Shown: piece by piece, positions 7,993-17,448 of the stretch
Layout: each line of letters opens with the position of its first letter
Numbering within the stretch: the stretch's first letter is position 1
Origin: Ktedonobacterales bacterium
GTDB lineage: Bacteria > Chloroflexota > Ktedonobacteria > Ktedonobacterales > JADMIN01
NCBI GenBank assembly: GCA_030167145.1
Contig: CP126532.1
Coordinates: 4,170,001-4,202,000 of the forward strand
Direction of reading: 5' to 3'
Length of the DNA: 32,000 bases
Notes under the pieces: generated by a model
What the model was told of the DNA's origin: nothing
The model's input: the letters and a program-made list of their open reading frames with translations, nothing else
Database searches by the model: none
Position numbers and translations under genes: made by a program

Positions 7993-8883
7993 TTAACTCT
8001 CCGTAGTCAGGTAGAGCGCGTCGTTTTCGGCGCGGACGCTGGTGATGGGCAGGTCGGCGGGCAGGCGGCTGAGGGCGTCGTTGAGCGCGGCCTGGAGTTC
8101 GGGGCCAGACTCGATGAGCTTGAGCGGGCCATAAACGGTAGTGTTGCGCGCATGCACCCCGCCATCCTCAGCGTAGAGCTGCGTCTTGATGCCGCCGAGG
8201 CGTCCCGCAAACGTGTAGTTGATGGACATGTAGCCATTGGTAAGCCGAAGCTGGACATCTTTCATCGGCGCATTGGAGGGCAGCTTATTCAGCAATGTAT
8301 CGTTGAGCAATGAGCCTGGAATGCGATAGGTGCCATTGGGCGGCGTGGGGAGGGATTCGATGTGTGCGGCGGCCTGATCTACGACGAGATTCAGGCCATG
8401 ACGTAGCGCGCCGTCCACCTGAGCGTGAATGGCGGGGCGGATGAAAAGCGCCCATGCGCCCACACCCACACTCGCGAGGATGACCAGCACGAGCAGCAAC
8501 GTGAACATGGCGCGACCGAGACGGGCGGCGCAGCCACGCGGACGGGCAGCCGAACGGGCGGTGGGGTACGGCGCAGCAAGCGGTGGGGCAGCGACGGGCA
8601 CGGCGGGTGCTGGCGGATACGCAGGCACGTAGGGTGGCGGCGCGGCATATCCCCCTGCGGCACTGGCAGCCGATGGCGAATAGAGCGTGGGCGCGTCCGA
8701 CGGATAGAGGACACTATTAGGATCGGGGGGCGCGGGCGGCTGGCCTGGCGCGAGCGGTGTGGTGGGCGACCAGGCATCCCAGCCGCTTACGGGAGTCAAC
8801 ACCTGACCGCAGTTGCCGCAGACACGCGCATCGAGCGTAGCCTGCCAGCCACAGTTGCCGCAGTAACGCGGATTCGCCATCAT
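7993..8883 (-). CDS. Zinc-ribbon / Pro-rich linker / single-pass membrane protein
   Basis: The N-terminus has CGNCGW...CGNCG (a CxxC-x13-CxxC zinc ribbon). About 80 aa of Pro/Ala/Tyr-rich sequence follow, then one hydrophobic helix (MFTLLLVLVILASVGVGAWALFI) and a ~150-aa C-terminal domain. The RBS is GGAGGG. Confidence 0.75.
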   Translation of the reverse strand: MMANPRYCGNCGWQATLDARVCGNCGQVLTPVSGWDAWSPTTPLAPGQPPAPPDPNSVLYPSDAPTLYSPSAASAAGGYAAPPPYVPAYPPAPAVPVAAPPLAAPYPTARSAARPRGCAARLGRAMFTLLLVLVILASVGVGAWALFIRPAIHAQVDGALRHGLNLVVDQAAAHIESLPTPPNGTYRIPGSLLNDTLLNKLPSNAPMKDVQLRLTNGYMSINYTFAGRLGGIKTQLYAEDGGVHARNTTVYGPLKLIESGPELQAALNDALSRLPADLPITSVRAENDALYLTTES

Positions 8884-8942
8884 CGGTGCGTGCCCTCCAT
8901 CTATGCCGCGAACACTGGCTCCCGTCAGTATAGAAGACGGCG

Positions 8943-10301
8943 CTATTTCTTGCCCAGTTCCTGGAAAAGATACCAGTTGAAATGGACGGCGCGGCGCAGA
9001 TCTTCGAGTCGGACATGCTCATTGGGCGAGTGCGCGCCGTTGGCCCAGTAGACTGGATCGCCAGGGACGGAGAGGCCAGGGACGCCGACATGCCGCCGCA
9101 GCGCGCCCAGCAGCGGCAGCGTGCCGCCGAAGAGCGGCGTGATCGAAGGCTGCTGATCGCCGAATGCGTGTGCGATGCGGGAAATGCGCTGCACGAATGG
9201 CTCCTCAATGGGTGTGACGACCGGCTCGGCGTTACCGAAGACCGTCACCCGCACATCGTCGTAGCCGTTTGCCGTCAGGTGCGCTTTCAGCTTGGCGAGG
9301 ATGTCGCTGGGGTCCTGGTCTGGCACGAGGCGGAAATCTATCTTGGCCATCGCGTGCGCTGGGAGCACGGTCTTAGAGCCTTCGCCGCCATAGCCACTGG
9401 TCAATCCGGCGATGTTGCAGGTGGGGGCGAACGCCTGGCGCTTGCGTAGCTCGAACCCGGCGAGGCCGTCTATGAAACGGTCAAGCTGGAAGCTCTCTTT
9501 CATGTACGCATCGGTGTCGGGCTGGTCGCGCAGCGCCTGAAGCTGCGCTTCAGTGGGCGGGCGCACATCGTCGTAGAAGCCAGGGATGCGAATGTGGCCT
9601 TTCGGCGTCTTGAGTGTCGCCAGCGCCTGGACGAGCCGCCACGCCGCGCTGGGCAGCACGGGCGCGCCGCCGGAGTGGGCGTCTTTGCCCGTCCCCTGCA
9701 CGTCTAGCTGGACGTAGAGCAGACCTTTGCTGCCGAGGCCAAGCTCTGGGCGGCCATCTGGCTCGAACCCATCGCCTTCCCAGAGGCAGCCATCGGCCTT
9801 GAGCAGCTTGGCGTGTGGCTTGATGATCTCCTCGAAATGGGGGCTGCCGATCTCTTCTTCGCCTTCGATAATGTACTTCAGTGTGATGGGCAACTGGCCC
9901 AGTTCTTCGCGTAGCGCGCGGATGGCTATGAGCCGCGTGGCGATCTCGCCCTTGTCGTCGCTGGTGCCGCGCGCATAGAGTTTGCCATCGCGCACGGTTG
10001 GTTCGAAGGCGGGCGACTCCCAGAGGTCCAGCGGCTCTGGCGGCTGCACGTCGTAGTGATCGTAGAGCAGCACTGTGTACGGGCCGCCCTTTAGCTCGCC
10101 ATAGAGGATCGGCGGCGCGCCGGGGATGCTGAAGCGACGGGTCGTGAAGCCGGTTTCGCGCATCTCAGCTTCGACGAGATCGGCCATCTCGGCAATGCCG
10201 GTGTTCTGGGCGGCGATGCTTGGCTGACGGCAGAGTTGCTCTAGCAGCAGACGCGCGTCTGTGGCAAGCCGGTCGAGGTTGGCAGGGATGGGTGCGGGCA
10301 T
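8943..10301 (-). CDS. M20-family peptidase (paralogue of 3318-4835)
   Basis: Motifs [19 protein letters not shown] and [10 protein letters not shown]. The ATG at 10301 ([11 protein letters not shown]...) is preceded by CAGGAG. The track's GTG at 10334 lacks an RBS. Confidence 0.9.
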   Translation of the reverse strand: MPAPIPANLDRLATDARLLLEQLCRQPSIAAQNTGIAEMADLVEAEMRETGFTTRRFSIPGAPPILYGELKGGPYTVLLYDHYDVQPPEPLDLWESPAFEPTVRDGKLYARGTSDDKGEIATRLIAIRALREELGQLPITLKYIIEGEEEIGSPHFEEIIKPHAKLLKADGCLWEGDGFEPDGRPELGLGSKGLLYVQLDVQGTGKDAHSGGAPVLPSAAWRLVQALATLKTPKGHIRIPGFYDDVRPPTEAQLQALRDQPDTDAYMKESFQLDRFIDGLAGFELRKRQAFAPTCNIAGLTSGYGGEGSKTVLPAHAMAKIDFRLVPDQDPSDILAKLKAHLTANGYDDVRVTVFGNAEPVVTPIEEPFVQRISRIAHAFGDQQPSITPLFGGTLPLLGALRRHVGVPGLSVPGDPVYWANGAHSPNEHVRLEDLRRAVHFNWYLFQELGKK

Positions 10302-10483
10302 AGGGTGGCGCTCCTGTCTTGATGTGGACGACACTCAGCAAGTACCCTTAGTATACGCCTCAAGACTATGACATGCCATAGTTGTTGAACTGAGCGCATG
10401 CGTCGCTGCCGTTACGGGTGTTGGGCTAGATGATAGACTGGTCGTGGTTGAGGCAAACGAGTATGGTGGGGAGGATATGCGCT

Positions 10484-11443
10484 ATGGGCGGGCTGCTGCG
10501 ACGGCTCAGTCTTGCCGTGCTCACGGGCTACATCTTTGTCTACTTCTCGGAATATACTTTCTGGGCGCGCCCGCTCGACGTAGCGCGTTTTCCTGGTTTT
10601 ATCCTGGTGCTGGTGGTATATGCCTTCGCCGCCTATGTGTTTCTGGCGCTGGTGGTCACGTTTCATGCGCGTACACTTGCCGCGATCTTCCTTGCTGGCG
10701 CACTTTTTGGCTGGCTGGATGAAGGCGTGTTCGTCCAGACGATGTACAGCATGTTGCCGCTCAGCATCTCGTTTACAGGGCTGGCATGGCATGCACTCCT
10801 GACGGTTCTGGTGGGCTGGTTCGCGGTGCAACGAGTGGTACGCGCGCGCAGTTGGTGGCGGACGGCGTGGGTTGCGGCCGTCATCGGCACGGTATATGGC
10901 GCATGGGCAATCTGGTGGTGGATGGCGGCGCCACCCGCTGTATCAGTCGCTAGCTTTGCACGCTATGTCTTTGTCACAACACTGGTGCTTACCGGTGTCT
11001 ACTGGTTGGCAAGCAGACCATCGCTGCTGCGTTTCGCGCCAACGCGCGTTGAATTGATCGTGGTGGGGCTATTGATCCTGCTCTATTTCGCGTTCATCAC
11101 CATTCCGCGCCAGCCGCTGGCGGTGATCATTTTGCCGCCCGTGGTGGCGCTGGCGCTGCTGACGTTGCGAAGGAACCGACATAACGAAGCTGGAGAAGAT
11201 GCGCTGGCGGCGCTGAGGAAGGCCGGGCCGCTACGCCTGCGCGATGTGCTCCCTTTGCTTGCCCTTCCGACGGTTGCCACGGCGGTGTATGCGCTGGCGA
11301 TGACGGCGCGGGTGCTCGTACCTACGGGGTGGGTGGTGTACATACTGACAACGGCGCTCGGCTTTATCTTCTTTGTATACTCCCTGATCGCAATCTGGCG
11401 GGCAAAACCAGTGGCCAACAACACGCAGCCGGTCGTTGACTAG
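10484..11443 (+). CDS. Multi-pass integral membrane protein, family not recognised
   Basis: There are about 8-9 hydrophobic segments. The ATG at 10484 is preceded by GGGGAGGA with 8-nt spacing. The track start at 10430 has no RBS. Confidence 0.7.
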   Translation: MGGLLRRLSLAVLTGYIFVYFSEYTFWARPLDVARFPGFILVLVVYAFAAYVFLALVVTFHARTLAAIFLAGALFGWLDEGVFVQTMYSMLPLSISFTGLAWHALLTVLVGWFAVQRVVRARSWWRTAWVAAVIGTVYGAWAIWWWMAAPPAVSVASFARYVFVTTLVLTGVYWLASRPSLLRFAPTRVELIVVGLLILLYFAFITIPRQPLAVIILPPVVALALLTLRRNRHNEAGEDALAALRKAGPLRLRDVLPLLALPTVATAVYALAMTARVLVPTGWVVYILTTALGFIFFVYSLIAIWRAKPVANNTQPVVD

Positions 11444-11517
11444 AGCGGGCGAGTAGCATCAATGCGTTGCCAGCCAACCTTCGTGGGAGTGTATCATGTC
11501 GCTGGGCGTGCATGATG

Positions 11518-11605
11518 GCTGGCGGTTGGCAATCTACCGGATATGGTCGCACTGCGCGACGAAATCGTGACGTCACAGCCCAACCGCCAGCACGCGCTTT
11601 TCTCT
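11518..11605 (+). terminator. Long-range inverted repeat followed by T-tract (possible terminator of the membrane-protein gene)
   Basis: GCTGGCGGTTGG (11518-11529) is the perfect reverse complement of CCAACCGCCAGC (11580-11591), with a ~50-nt interior containing smaller hairpins. It is followed by ACGCGCTTTTCTCT. The large loop makes the terminator role uncertain. Confidence 0.3.
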
Positions 11606-11615
11606 GCAATGGCAG

Positions 11616-12701
11616 CTAGATGGTGGCAGGCTCGCCGATTTCCAGCGCGCTGAGCGCCATCTGGTGGGCGGCGCGCTGCGTGGAGATGCCCTCACGGCGC
11701 GAAATGGCCAGCATCTGCTTCATGGTGTCGTAGATACCTGCCGTCAGTTCGCGCGCTCGCGCTTCGTCGTAGCCGCCTGGCGCCAGTTCTTGCGCCACGT
11801 TGATAAGGCCGCCAGCATTGATAACGTAGTCTACGGCGTAGATGATGCCGCGCTCGTGCAATAGCTCGCCGTGGCGTTCGTCCTGAAGCTGGTTGTTGGC
11901 GCTGCCCGCGATAATTTTGCACGTCAGGCGAGGGAGCGTGCCGTCATTGATCGCTCCACCATAGGCGCAGGGCGCGAAGATGGCGCACGGCACGTCGAAG
12001 ATTGCGTCCGGCTCAACGACAGCGATGCCGAGCGTGGACTTTGCGCGCTCTACAGTTTCCGACGCAACATCCGTCGCAGTCACCGTCGCGCCTTCGGCCA
12101 CCAGAAGCTCCGCGAGAGCCATGCCGACCTTGCCCAAGCCCTGGATGGCGATGGGGATTCCACTCAGGCTGCTTGTATCGAGAAGCTCGTCCGCCAGCGC
12201 CTTGATGCCATAGAGCACACCGACCGCGGTCACGGGCGAAGGGTCGCCGCTGCCGCCTTCTTCCACTGACGTGCCGACGACATGCCGTGTCGCGCGCTTG
12301 ACGACGCCCATATCAGAGACGGAGGTATTCGCGTCTTCAGCGGTGATGAACGACCCGCCCAGTTCTTCGATAATGCGCCCGTAGGCGAGAAAGCGCGCGG
12401 TGCGCAGGGCGGGATCGTGCTCCTTGCCATCCGCGAACAGCACAGCCTTGCCACCGCCCAGCGGTAGACGGGCTACTGCGGCTTTGTAGGTCATCGCTTC
12501 GGAGAGGCGCACGACATCGAGTATGCCCTCCTCGGTGGTCGCATAGGTGCGCAGGCGCGTGCCACCTAGCGCCGGTCCGCGTTTGGTGCTGTGCAGCGCA
12601 ATCGCGCCACGCAACCCGGTGTCGGGATCATGAAAGGCCAGAAGCCGCTCGTGCTTGTGCTCGGTCAGATAGTCCAGGGAATGCGGGACACGAGATGTCA
12701 T
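11616..12701 (-). CDS. Glu/Leu/Phe/Val dehydrogenase family protein (leucine-dehydrogenase-like)
   Basis: Catalytic-Lys motif LPLGGGKAV and Rossmann motif IQGLGKVGMALA, about 361 aa. The ATG at 12701 (MTSRVPHSLDY) is preceded by AAGGAG with 6-nt spacing. The track start at 12782 is rejected. Confidence 0.9.
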   Translation of the reverse strand: MTSRVPHSLDYLTEHKHERLLAFHDPDTGLRGAIALHSTKRGPALGGTRLRTYATTEEGILDVVRLSEAMTYKAAVARLPLGGGKAVLFADGKEHDPALRTARFLAYGRIIEELGGSFITAEDANTSVSDMGVVKRATRHVVGTSVEEGGSGDPSPVTAVGVLYGIKALADELLDTSSLSGIPIAIQGLGKVGMALAELLVAEGATVTATDVASETVERAKSTLGIAVVEPDAIFDVPCAIFAPCAYGGAINDGTLPRLTCKIIAGSANNQLQDERHGELLHERGIIYAVDYVINAGGLINVAQELAPGGYDEARARELTAGIYDTMKQMLAISRREGISTQRAAHQMALSALEIGEPATI

Positions 12702-12851
12702 CGTCTGCTCCTTTGCAGATATGCGCTCTGGCGACGCCTTTGACGCCACAGCGCGATAATAGGGTGCTGGGAAATGCCTCAACAGGCGTGCCGCAGCACA
12801 AGAGTACGGCTGCCGGCCTGATGGTCCGCTGGCCGGGCATCCACTCGCTCT

Positions 12852-13433
12852 TCATTTTACCATCGCCGTGCTGCTGTGTCGCGCCCGCGCCCGTGCGGCC
12901 AGCCAGAGCGACAGCCCAGAGATGATGCCAATGCCGAACGCGACGACCATCACCAGGATGGATTCTGTGAGCGGCGGTTTGTTGGTCATCAAGAACACAA
13001 TGCCGAGCAGTGCGGCGACGATAGTATGCAACCCGGTGGCGACGACGGTAGAGTGCGTGCGCGCGAGGAGTTGTGGCGAGAGCGGCCCATCGGGCGCATC
13101 CTTCGCCACCGCGCCAATTGCCTTTATTCGCGGCTCGACAATGGCTGGTCCAATCGGCGCGATCAGGATGAAGCTGGCCATTGCGACGTCAATCCAGGGA
13201 GTTTGCAGCCCCCAATACGCTATGGCCAGGTAGAGTCCAGCGGCGGCAAGGAGTAGAATGCTAGTAACAGTAAGCGGATCGGAGAGTGTCATCAGCCCGG
13301 TGATGGTGCGTACCTGCTCGACGCTTCGAGCGCGCCGGAGTGCGCTGACGCCAAACAGCCAGATACTCATTCCCGCGAACGTTCCGATGGCGCCGCAGAC
13401 GTGGACGAATAGTACGAGCGCATAGACATTCAT
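12852..13433 (-). CDS. Integral membrane protein (DUF2269-like, tentative)
   Basis: 193 aa with 5-6 hydrophobic helices and a strong RBS GAGGAGG 6 nt upstream. The family call is tentative. Confidence 0.7.
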   Translation of the reverse strand: MNVYALVLFVHVCGAIGTFAGMSIWLFGVSALRRARSVEQVRTITGLMTLSDPLTVTSILLLAAAGLYLAIAYWGLQTPWIDVAMASFILIAPIGPAIVEPRIKAIGAVAKDAPDGPLSPQLLARTHSTVVATGLHTIVAALLGIVFLMTNKPPLTESILVMVVAFGIGIISGLSLWLAARARARHSSTAMVK

Positions 13434-13496
13434 GGATGTGCCTCCTCATCGCATCTATTTCCCCGCAAGCGCCTGGTGCCTTCTTCGCCTTCGTTC

Positions 13497-13976
13497 CTAC
13501 CGCGCCGCATACGCAATCAGCGCAACGAGGGCCGCCGCGAAAGTGAGCACTTGTAGGGTTGCTCGCACCGTCTGCCACCGCGCAAATTTGGCAAAAATCG
13601 CCGCCAACTGCTTTTCATCGCCTGCTGCGTGCCGCTGGCGGAAGTTGGTTGGCGCCGCCTGGGTGGTTGCCAGCGAATGCGCAACTGAGAGCACCGCCGC
13701 GACATAAATTGGCCATGCCTGCGCCGCTGGCGCCGCTTGCAGGAATACCACCACCGCCGCCACGATGGTGAGAAACGCTGCACCGATGCCGAGGGTTGCA
13801 TACCACACGATACCTGAGCCGAGATCTGCCGCCGTGCTGTATGCCGAGAACGCTACCATGCCCATCTTGTGCCGGGCTGGCAACTGCTTGATAGATTGAT
13901 CCAGGCTCGCCCCCGCGAGAATACCATCGGCTGCGGTCGCCACCGCGATGAGGATGAGTACGCCATTGAGCGCCAT
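13497..13976 (-). CDS. Integral membrane protein (DUF1772/anthrone-oxygenase-like, tentative)
   Basis: 159 aa with 4 hydrophobic helices and a strong RBS AGGAGGTGA. It lies directly downstream of the TetR gene on the same strand. Confidence 0.7.
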   Translation of the reverse strand: MALNGVLILIAVATAADGILAGASLDQSIKQLPARHKMGMVAFSAYSTAADLGSGIVWYATLGIGAAFLTIVAAVVVFLQAAPAAQAWPIYVAAVLSVAHSLATTQAAPTNFRQRHAAGDEKQLAAIFAKFARWQTVRATLQVLTFAAALVALIAYAAR

Positions 13977-14058
13977 GTTGCATCACCTCCTGCCCGCATG
14001 TGTGATGACATACAGGCCAGTCGAGAATATTTGTTGCCCGGTAGATTGTTTTCCCTCC

Positions 14059-14706
14059 CTATGCGACAGCGCGTACAAACAGCCGCACCAAGTCGGCGAC
14101 CTGCTCCGGCGGTGGTACGCTTTGCTCTTTTGGAGCCAGGATCACGTTGCTGAATAAATAGGTTAGCAGTGGGCCTACGAAGAGGCGCACCGCTAGCTCT
14201 GGATGGCGCACGTTGATAAGGCCACGCGCGCTGGCCTGCCCGAACAGCGCGCTGAACGCCGCCAGTCCGCGCATCGGCACGGTGCTCCAGAAAATCTCGG
14301 CCAGGCGCGGGAAATGCTGCGCTTCCGCGATCAACACCCGCACCAACGCGATGTAGGTTGGATCCGTCAGACGGATCGCCGCGCTTTGGGCGATCCGTAT
14401 CAGCACATCCTCCAAATCGGCGCGGCTGACTACGGCTGCCTCCATCGCTTGGGCAGACACATCTACCCAGATGCGGTCGAGCGCGAGTGCTTGCAAGACA
14501 TCCGCGAAGAGTTGCTCTTTGCTCGGATAGTACCGATATAGCGTCTGCTTGGAGACACGGGCCGCTGCCGCGATGGCATCCATCGTCGTTCGCTCAAAGC
14601 CGTGGGCAAGGAAGAGGTCTTGCGCGGCGGCCTGAATCTGTTCGCGTTTCGCGCGTGCGCGTGGCGGCTCGGCTATGCCTGCGCCCGCGCCTGGCTCAGA
14701 ATCCAT
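14059..14706 (-). CDS. TetR/AcrR-family transcriptional regulator
   Basis: The HTH region is FLAHGFERTTMDAIAAAARVSKQTLYRYYPSKEQLF. The start is uncertain, with candidates at 14706, 14730 and 14766. I chose 14706 because the longer forms would be translated from the operator palindrome. Confidence 0.85.
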   Translation of the reverse strand: MDSEPGAGAGIAEPPRARAKREQIQAAAQDLFLAHGFERTTMDAIAAAARVSKQTLYRYYPSKEQLFADVLQALALDRIWVDVSAQAMEAAVVSRADLEDVLIRIAQSAAIRLTDPTYIALVRVLIAEAQHFPRLAEIFWSTVPMRGLAAFSALFGQASARGLINVRHPELAVRLFVGPLLTYLFSNVILAPKEQSVPPPEQVADLVRLFVRAVA

Positions 14707-14727
14707 TGACCTCACTCGCTCTATTCC

Positions 14728-14758
14728 CATATCATACTGTACCGTACAGTATGATATG
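14728..14758. promoter_or_regulatory. Perfect 31-bp palindrome, probable TetR operator
   Basis: CATATCATACTGTAC-C-GTACAGTATGATATG has 15-bp arms that are exact reverse complements. It is located in the tetR upstream region and overlaps the predicted -10 of the tetR promoter. Confidence 0.6.
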
Positions 14759-14776
14759 CGGTGCATCGCCTGTCAA
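14748..14776 (-). promoter_or_regulatory. Putative promoter of the TetR operon
   Basis: Minus strand: -35 TTGACA (14776-14771), 17-nt spacer, -10 CATACT (14753-14748). The -10 lies inside the palindrome. Confidence 0.45.
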
Positions 14777-14784
14777 GACGACGT

Positions 14785-14814
14785 TTGCGGCAATGTCGCG
14801 TCACGATTTATAGT
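14785..14814 (+). promoter_or_regulatory. Putative promoter of the DinB-family gene
   Basis: -35 TTGCGG (14785-14790), 18-nt spacer, -10 TATAGT (14809-14814). Confidence 0.35.
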
Positions 14815-14861
14815 GAGCACGGTTGTAAGGTGAAATATGTGCAGCAGACGGGGAGGCGGCA

Positions 14862-15362
14862 ATGGATCTATCATCCTGGTTTCGCGAAACCTTGCGTACT
14901 GGCGCCGACGGCTTTCTTTGGGCGGTAGAGCAAGTGCCACGTGAACGTTGGTATGCTACTCCGCCAGGAGGGTTGGGAGAGTGGAATGTCGCGCGGCACG
15001 TTTTTCATATGGTGCTATATGAACGCTTGATCGCGGTGCCAAGCATGCGGCAGTGGATGGGTGGCGAGAAGCCCATGCTGGATGATGTGGTTGAAGCCGA
15101 GTTGTGGGGTGAAGAGAAGGAGCTAGAGCCGCTGATCGAGGAATTTCAGGCGCTGCGCGACACCCAGATTGCCCTGTGTGACAGCTTTGGCGAGGAGGCA
15201 TGGAGCGCAGTCCGTGATACCATCTGGACGGGCCCAGAGCCATGGGGATCTATTACGCTGAAGTGGGTCGTCTCGAAGACGTTTCAGCACACGGCGGAAC
15301 ATACTCACGATGTGATGCGCCTCGCACTCTTCTGGGATTTCCGCGTCGCGCGAGAGCAATAG
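14862..15362 (+). CDS. DinB-family (four-helix-bundle metal-binding) protein
   Basis: 166 aa with RBS GGGGAGG. His-containing helices ARHVFHMVLYE and TFQHTAEHTHDV are typical of the DinB/DinB_2 superfamily. Confidence 0.75.
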   Translation: MDLSSWFRETLRTGADGFLWAVEQVPRERWYATPPGGLGEWNVARHVFHMVLYERLIAVPSMRQWMGGEKPMLDDVVEAELWGEEKELEPLIEEFQALRDTQIALCDSFGEEAWSAVRDTIWTGPEPWGSITLKWVVSKTFQHTAEHTHDVMRLALFWDFRVAREQ

Positions 15363-15415
15363 AGCAGGCAGAATTGTGACGAACTTGGTGACTACGTGCC
15401 ATGTGGTGCGAATGA

Positions 15416-15459
15416 CATGAGCAGCCGCTCACTGTGATGTCGATTTGCGGCTGCTCATG
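15416..15459. terminator. Strong hairpin between convergent genes (possible bidirectional terminator, no clear U-tract)
   Basis: CATGAGCAGCCGC (15416-15428) and GCGGCTGCTCATG (15447-15459) form a perfect 13-bp stem with an 18-nt loop. It sits between the DinB-family stop (15362) and the otsA stop (15483). Confidence 0.45.
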
Positions 15460-15482
15460 CGGATTACACTACTTGCTGGTCG

Positions 15483-17198
15483 CTAGTCGCCAGCGGTACG
15501 CATGGTGTTGGGCGCGGGCGCGGGTGTACGCGCGATGGCGCGGCCATCGTAGTTACCAGGGGCCGTGTGGCGGGGTAGGCCAGGGACAGGCACGGCAGGC
15601 AAACGCGGGAGTGTGATGCCGCGCACGATGGCGAGGTCGTCAAGTTGAGCGCTGAGCCATGTGCTGGCATCCTCGCGCAAGAGGGTCCGCCGCACCTCCT
15701 GCGCAAGTCGCGCACGGCGTTCATCCGGCATCGTCAGCGCTTCATAGAGCGCGGCTGCAGTCTGCTCGACATCCGTTGGCTCGACACGCAGCACACCATC
15801 GCGAAGCTGACTGTAGGCGCCCGCGCCATCAGAGAGCAGGATGACGCCATTGCGGGCGTTGAGCAGCCCGCCTTCTTTGGCCACGAGATTCATGCCGTCT
15901 ATCAGCGGGTTGACGAGCAAGACATCATAGTCGCTCATGCAGGCGAGCGCACGCTGGTGATCGTTCCCATAGACGGCGACGATTGGCTGCCATTCGGCGG
16001 TGCCGTAGGCTGCGTTAATGCGCGCAATGGTGTCGCGTACACGCGCCGCGTAGTCCTGATATTCAGGCATGCTTTCGCGCGAGGGCACCAGCAGCGCCAG
16101 GAAGGTAACGTTGCCGCGCAGATGCTCGTGGTCGCGCAGAATGCGCTCGTAGGCGAGGAAGCCGCGTACAATGTTCTTGGTTGGCTCGATGCGGTCTACG
16201 CGCAAGAGCAGCTTGTGACCCGCATGCGGACGGGCTTTCGTGAGCAGCTCCAGCGCACGCTGTTGCGCGCCGGGGGCGCTGGCGCTGGCCCGCACGGCGC
16301 TGGGCGTGAGCGCAATGGGATGGGCGCGTACCAACGCCTGGCGTCCGTGCCACGTGATCTCCTGGGCCTCGCGAGCAATGCGGGCCTCTGGCAGATAGCG
16401 TTGCGCCCCTTGCAGAAAGTTAGCGGCGTCGCGTTCGGTCTGGAAGCTGATAACATCGCAGGCCGCGAGTCCCTCATAGATGTCGCGAACGATGTCGGTT
16501 GGCAGCTCACCCCAGGCGGATACCTCTGGCCAGGGTACGTGGATGAAATGCAGCAGACGCGCTTCCGGGAGTTTGGCGCGAACCAACGCGGGCGCTTTAT
16601 AGAGGTGATAGTCGTGGAACATGATCGGTGTGCGTGGGCCTTGCACGCGGGCCTGCTGTACGACGGCATCGGCAATCGCGGCATTGACGGGAACATAGCC
16701 CTGCTGCCAATAGGCGCGGATCGCAGAGAGCGCGGGACGCCGCTCTGGGGCGAGGCCATGTTGCGCGAACCAGAGGACACGATTGCTGAAGCCATCATAA
16801 TGGGCAGCGTACATCTCTGGCGAAACGGCGACCAGCCGCAGGCTCATGTCGTGCAGACCTGCCGGGTTGAGGAGCGCGCGATTCCCCAAGCGCGTGGCCA
16901 CCTCGCGGTCGGCGTCAGTCATCGTCAACGCAATCCACGAGACCTGCTGATTGCGCGCGGCACAGAGCAAACCACTGACGACACCGCCAGCGCCGCGTTG
17001 CGCTGCGGGCGCGCCGTCGGCGGCGAAACTGTGCTCGATAGGCCCGCGATTGGTCACGAAGATGAGGTCGCATCCTTCGACGGAAGCGTTGAGGAGCCGT
17101 CCAGGCTCCGGGCGGGCCGAAGAAACTACAGGCGCAGTGGCAGCGAAGATGCTATCCGAAACACTGTCTGTCACAAGCCCCATACTGCTGGTGCTCAT
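15483..17198 (-). CDS. otsA: Alpha,alpha-trehalose-phosphate synthase (glycosyltransferase family 20)
   Basis: GT20 motifs FVTNRGP, FHDYHLY, LLHFIHVPWP, DVISFQT, RVDRIEPTKNI and LVNPLIDGMNLVAKE. The ATG at 17198 is preceded by GGGAGG. The track start at 17228 is possible but has no RBS. Confidence 0.9.
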   Translation of the reverse strand: MSTSSMGLVTDSVSDSIFAATAPVVSSARPEPGRLLNASVEGCDLIFVTNRGPIEHSFAADGAPAAQRGAGGVVSGLLCAARNQQVSWIALTMTDADREVATRLGNRALLNPAGLHDMSLRLVAVSPEMYAAHYDGFSNRVLWFAQHGLAPERRPALSAIRAYWQQGYVPVNAAIADAVVQQARVQGPRTPIMFHDYHLYKAPALVRAKLPEARLLHFIHVPWPEVSAWGELPTDIVRDIYEGLAACDVISFQTERDAANFLQGAQRYLPEARIAREAQEITWHGRQALVRAHPIALTPSAVRASASAPGAQQRALELLTKARPHAGHKLLLRVDRIEPTKNIVRGFLAYERILRDHEHLRGNVTFLALLVPSRESMPEYQDYAARVRDTIARINAAYGTAEWQPIVAVYGNDHQRALACMSDYDVLLVNPLIDGMNLVAKEGGLLNARNGVILLSDGAGAYSQLRDGVLRVEPTDVEQTAAALYEALTMPDERRARLAQEVRRTLLREDASTWLSAQLDDLAIVRGITLPRLPAVPVPGLPRHTAPGNYDGRAIARTPAPAPNTMRTAGD

Positions 17199-17448
17199 TA
17201 GTGATAACCTCCCTATCGTTCGCGGCACATTGCGCGAACGTCACCCATGAGCTGTTTTACCGCACCTCTCTAATGGAGAGATGATAGAATCTTAAATTGG
17301 ACCTAAGAATTCGGGATCACCGCTCATCAGGTTCATTGAGAGACAGCAGCATTTCCCGTGCCGCGCGGGAAACGGCGCAAAATCGGGACGCTGGAGGCGC
17401 GATACCCCTCTGGGGAGGCGTTGGCGGTGACGAGCGAAGGACGGCAGT

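Noticed and set aside
14728-14758. Possibility that the 31-bp palindrome is an E. coli-type LexA box, because it contains TACTGTAC...GTACAGTA
   Set aside because: The CTGT and ACAG elements are separated by 5 nt, not the 8 nt of CTGT-N8-ACAG. Its position over the tetR promoter fits a TetR operator better.
15645-17201. 518-aa + strand ORF
   Set aside because: It is exactly antisense to the GT20 trehalose-P synthase gene. Its product is Arg/Gly/Ala-rich with no motifs. This is the typical stop-codon-free antisense frame of a high-GC gene.
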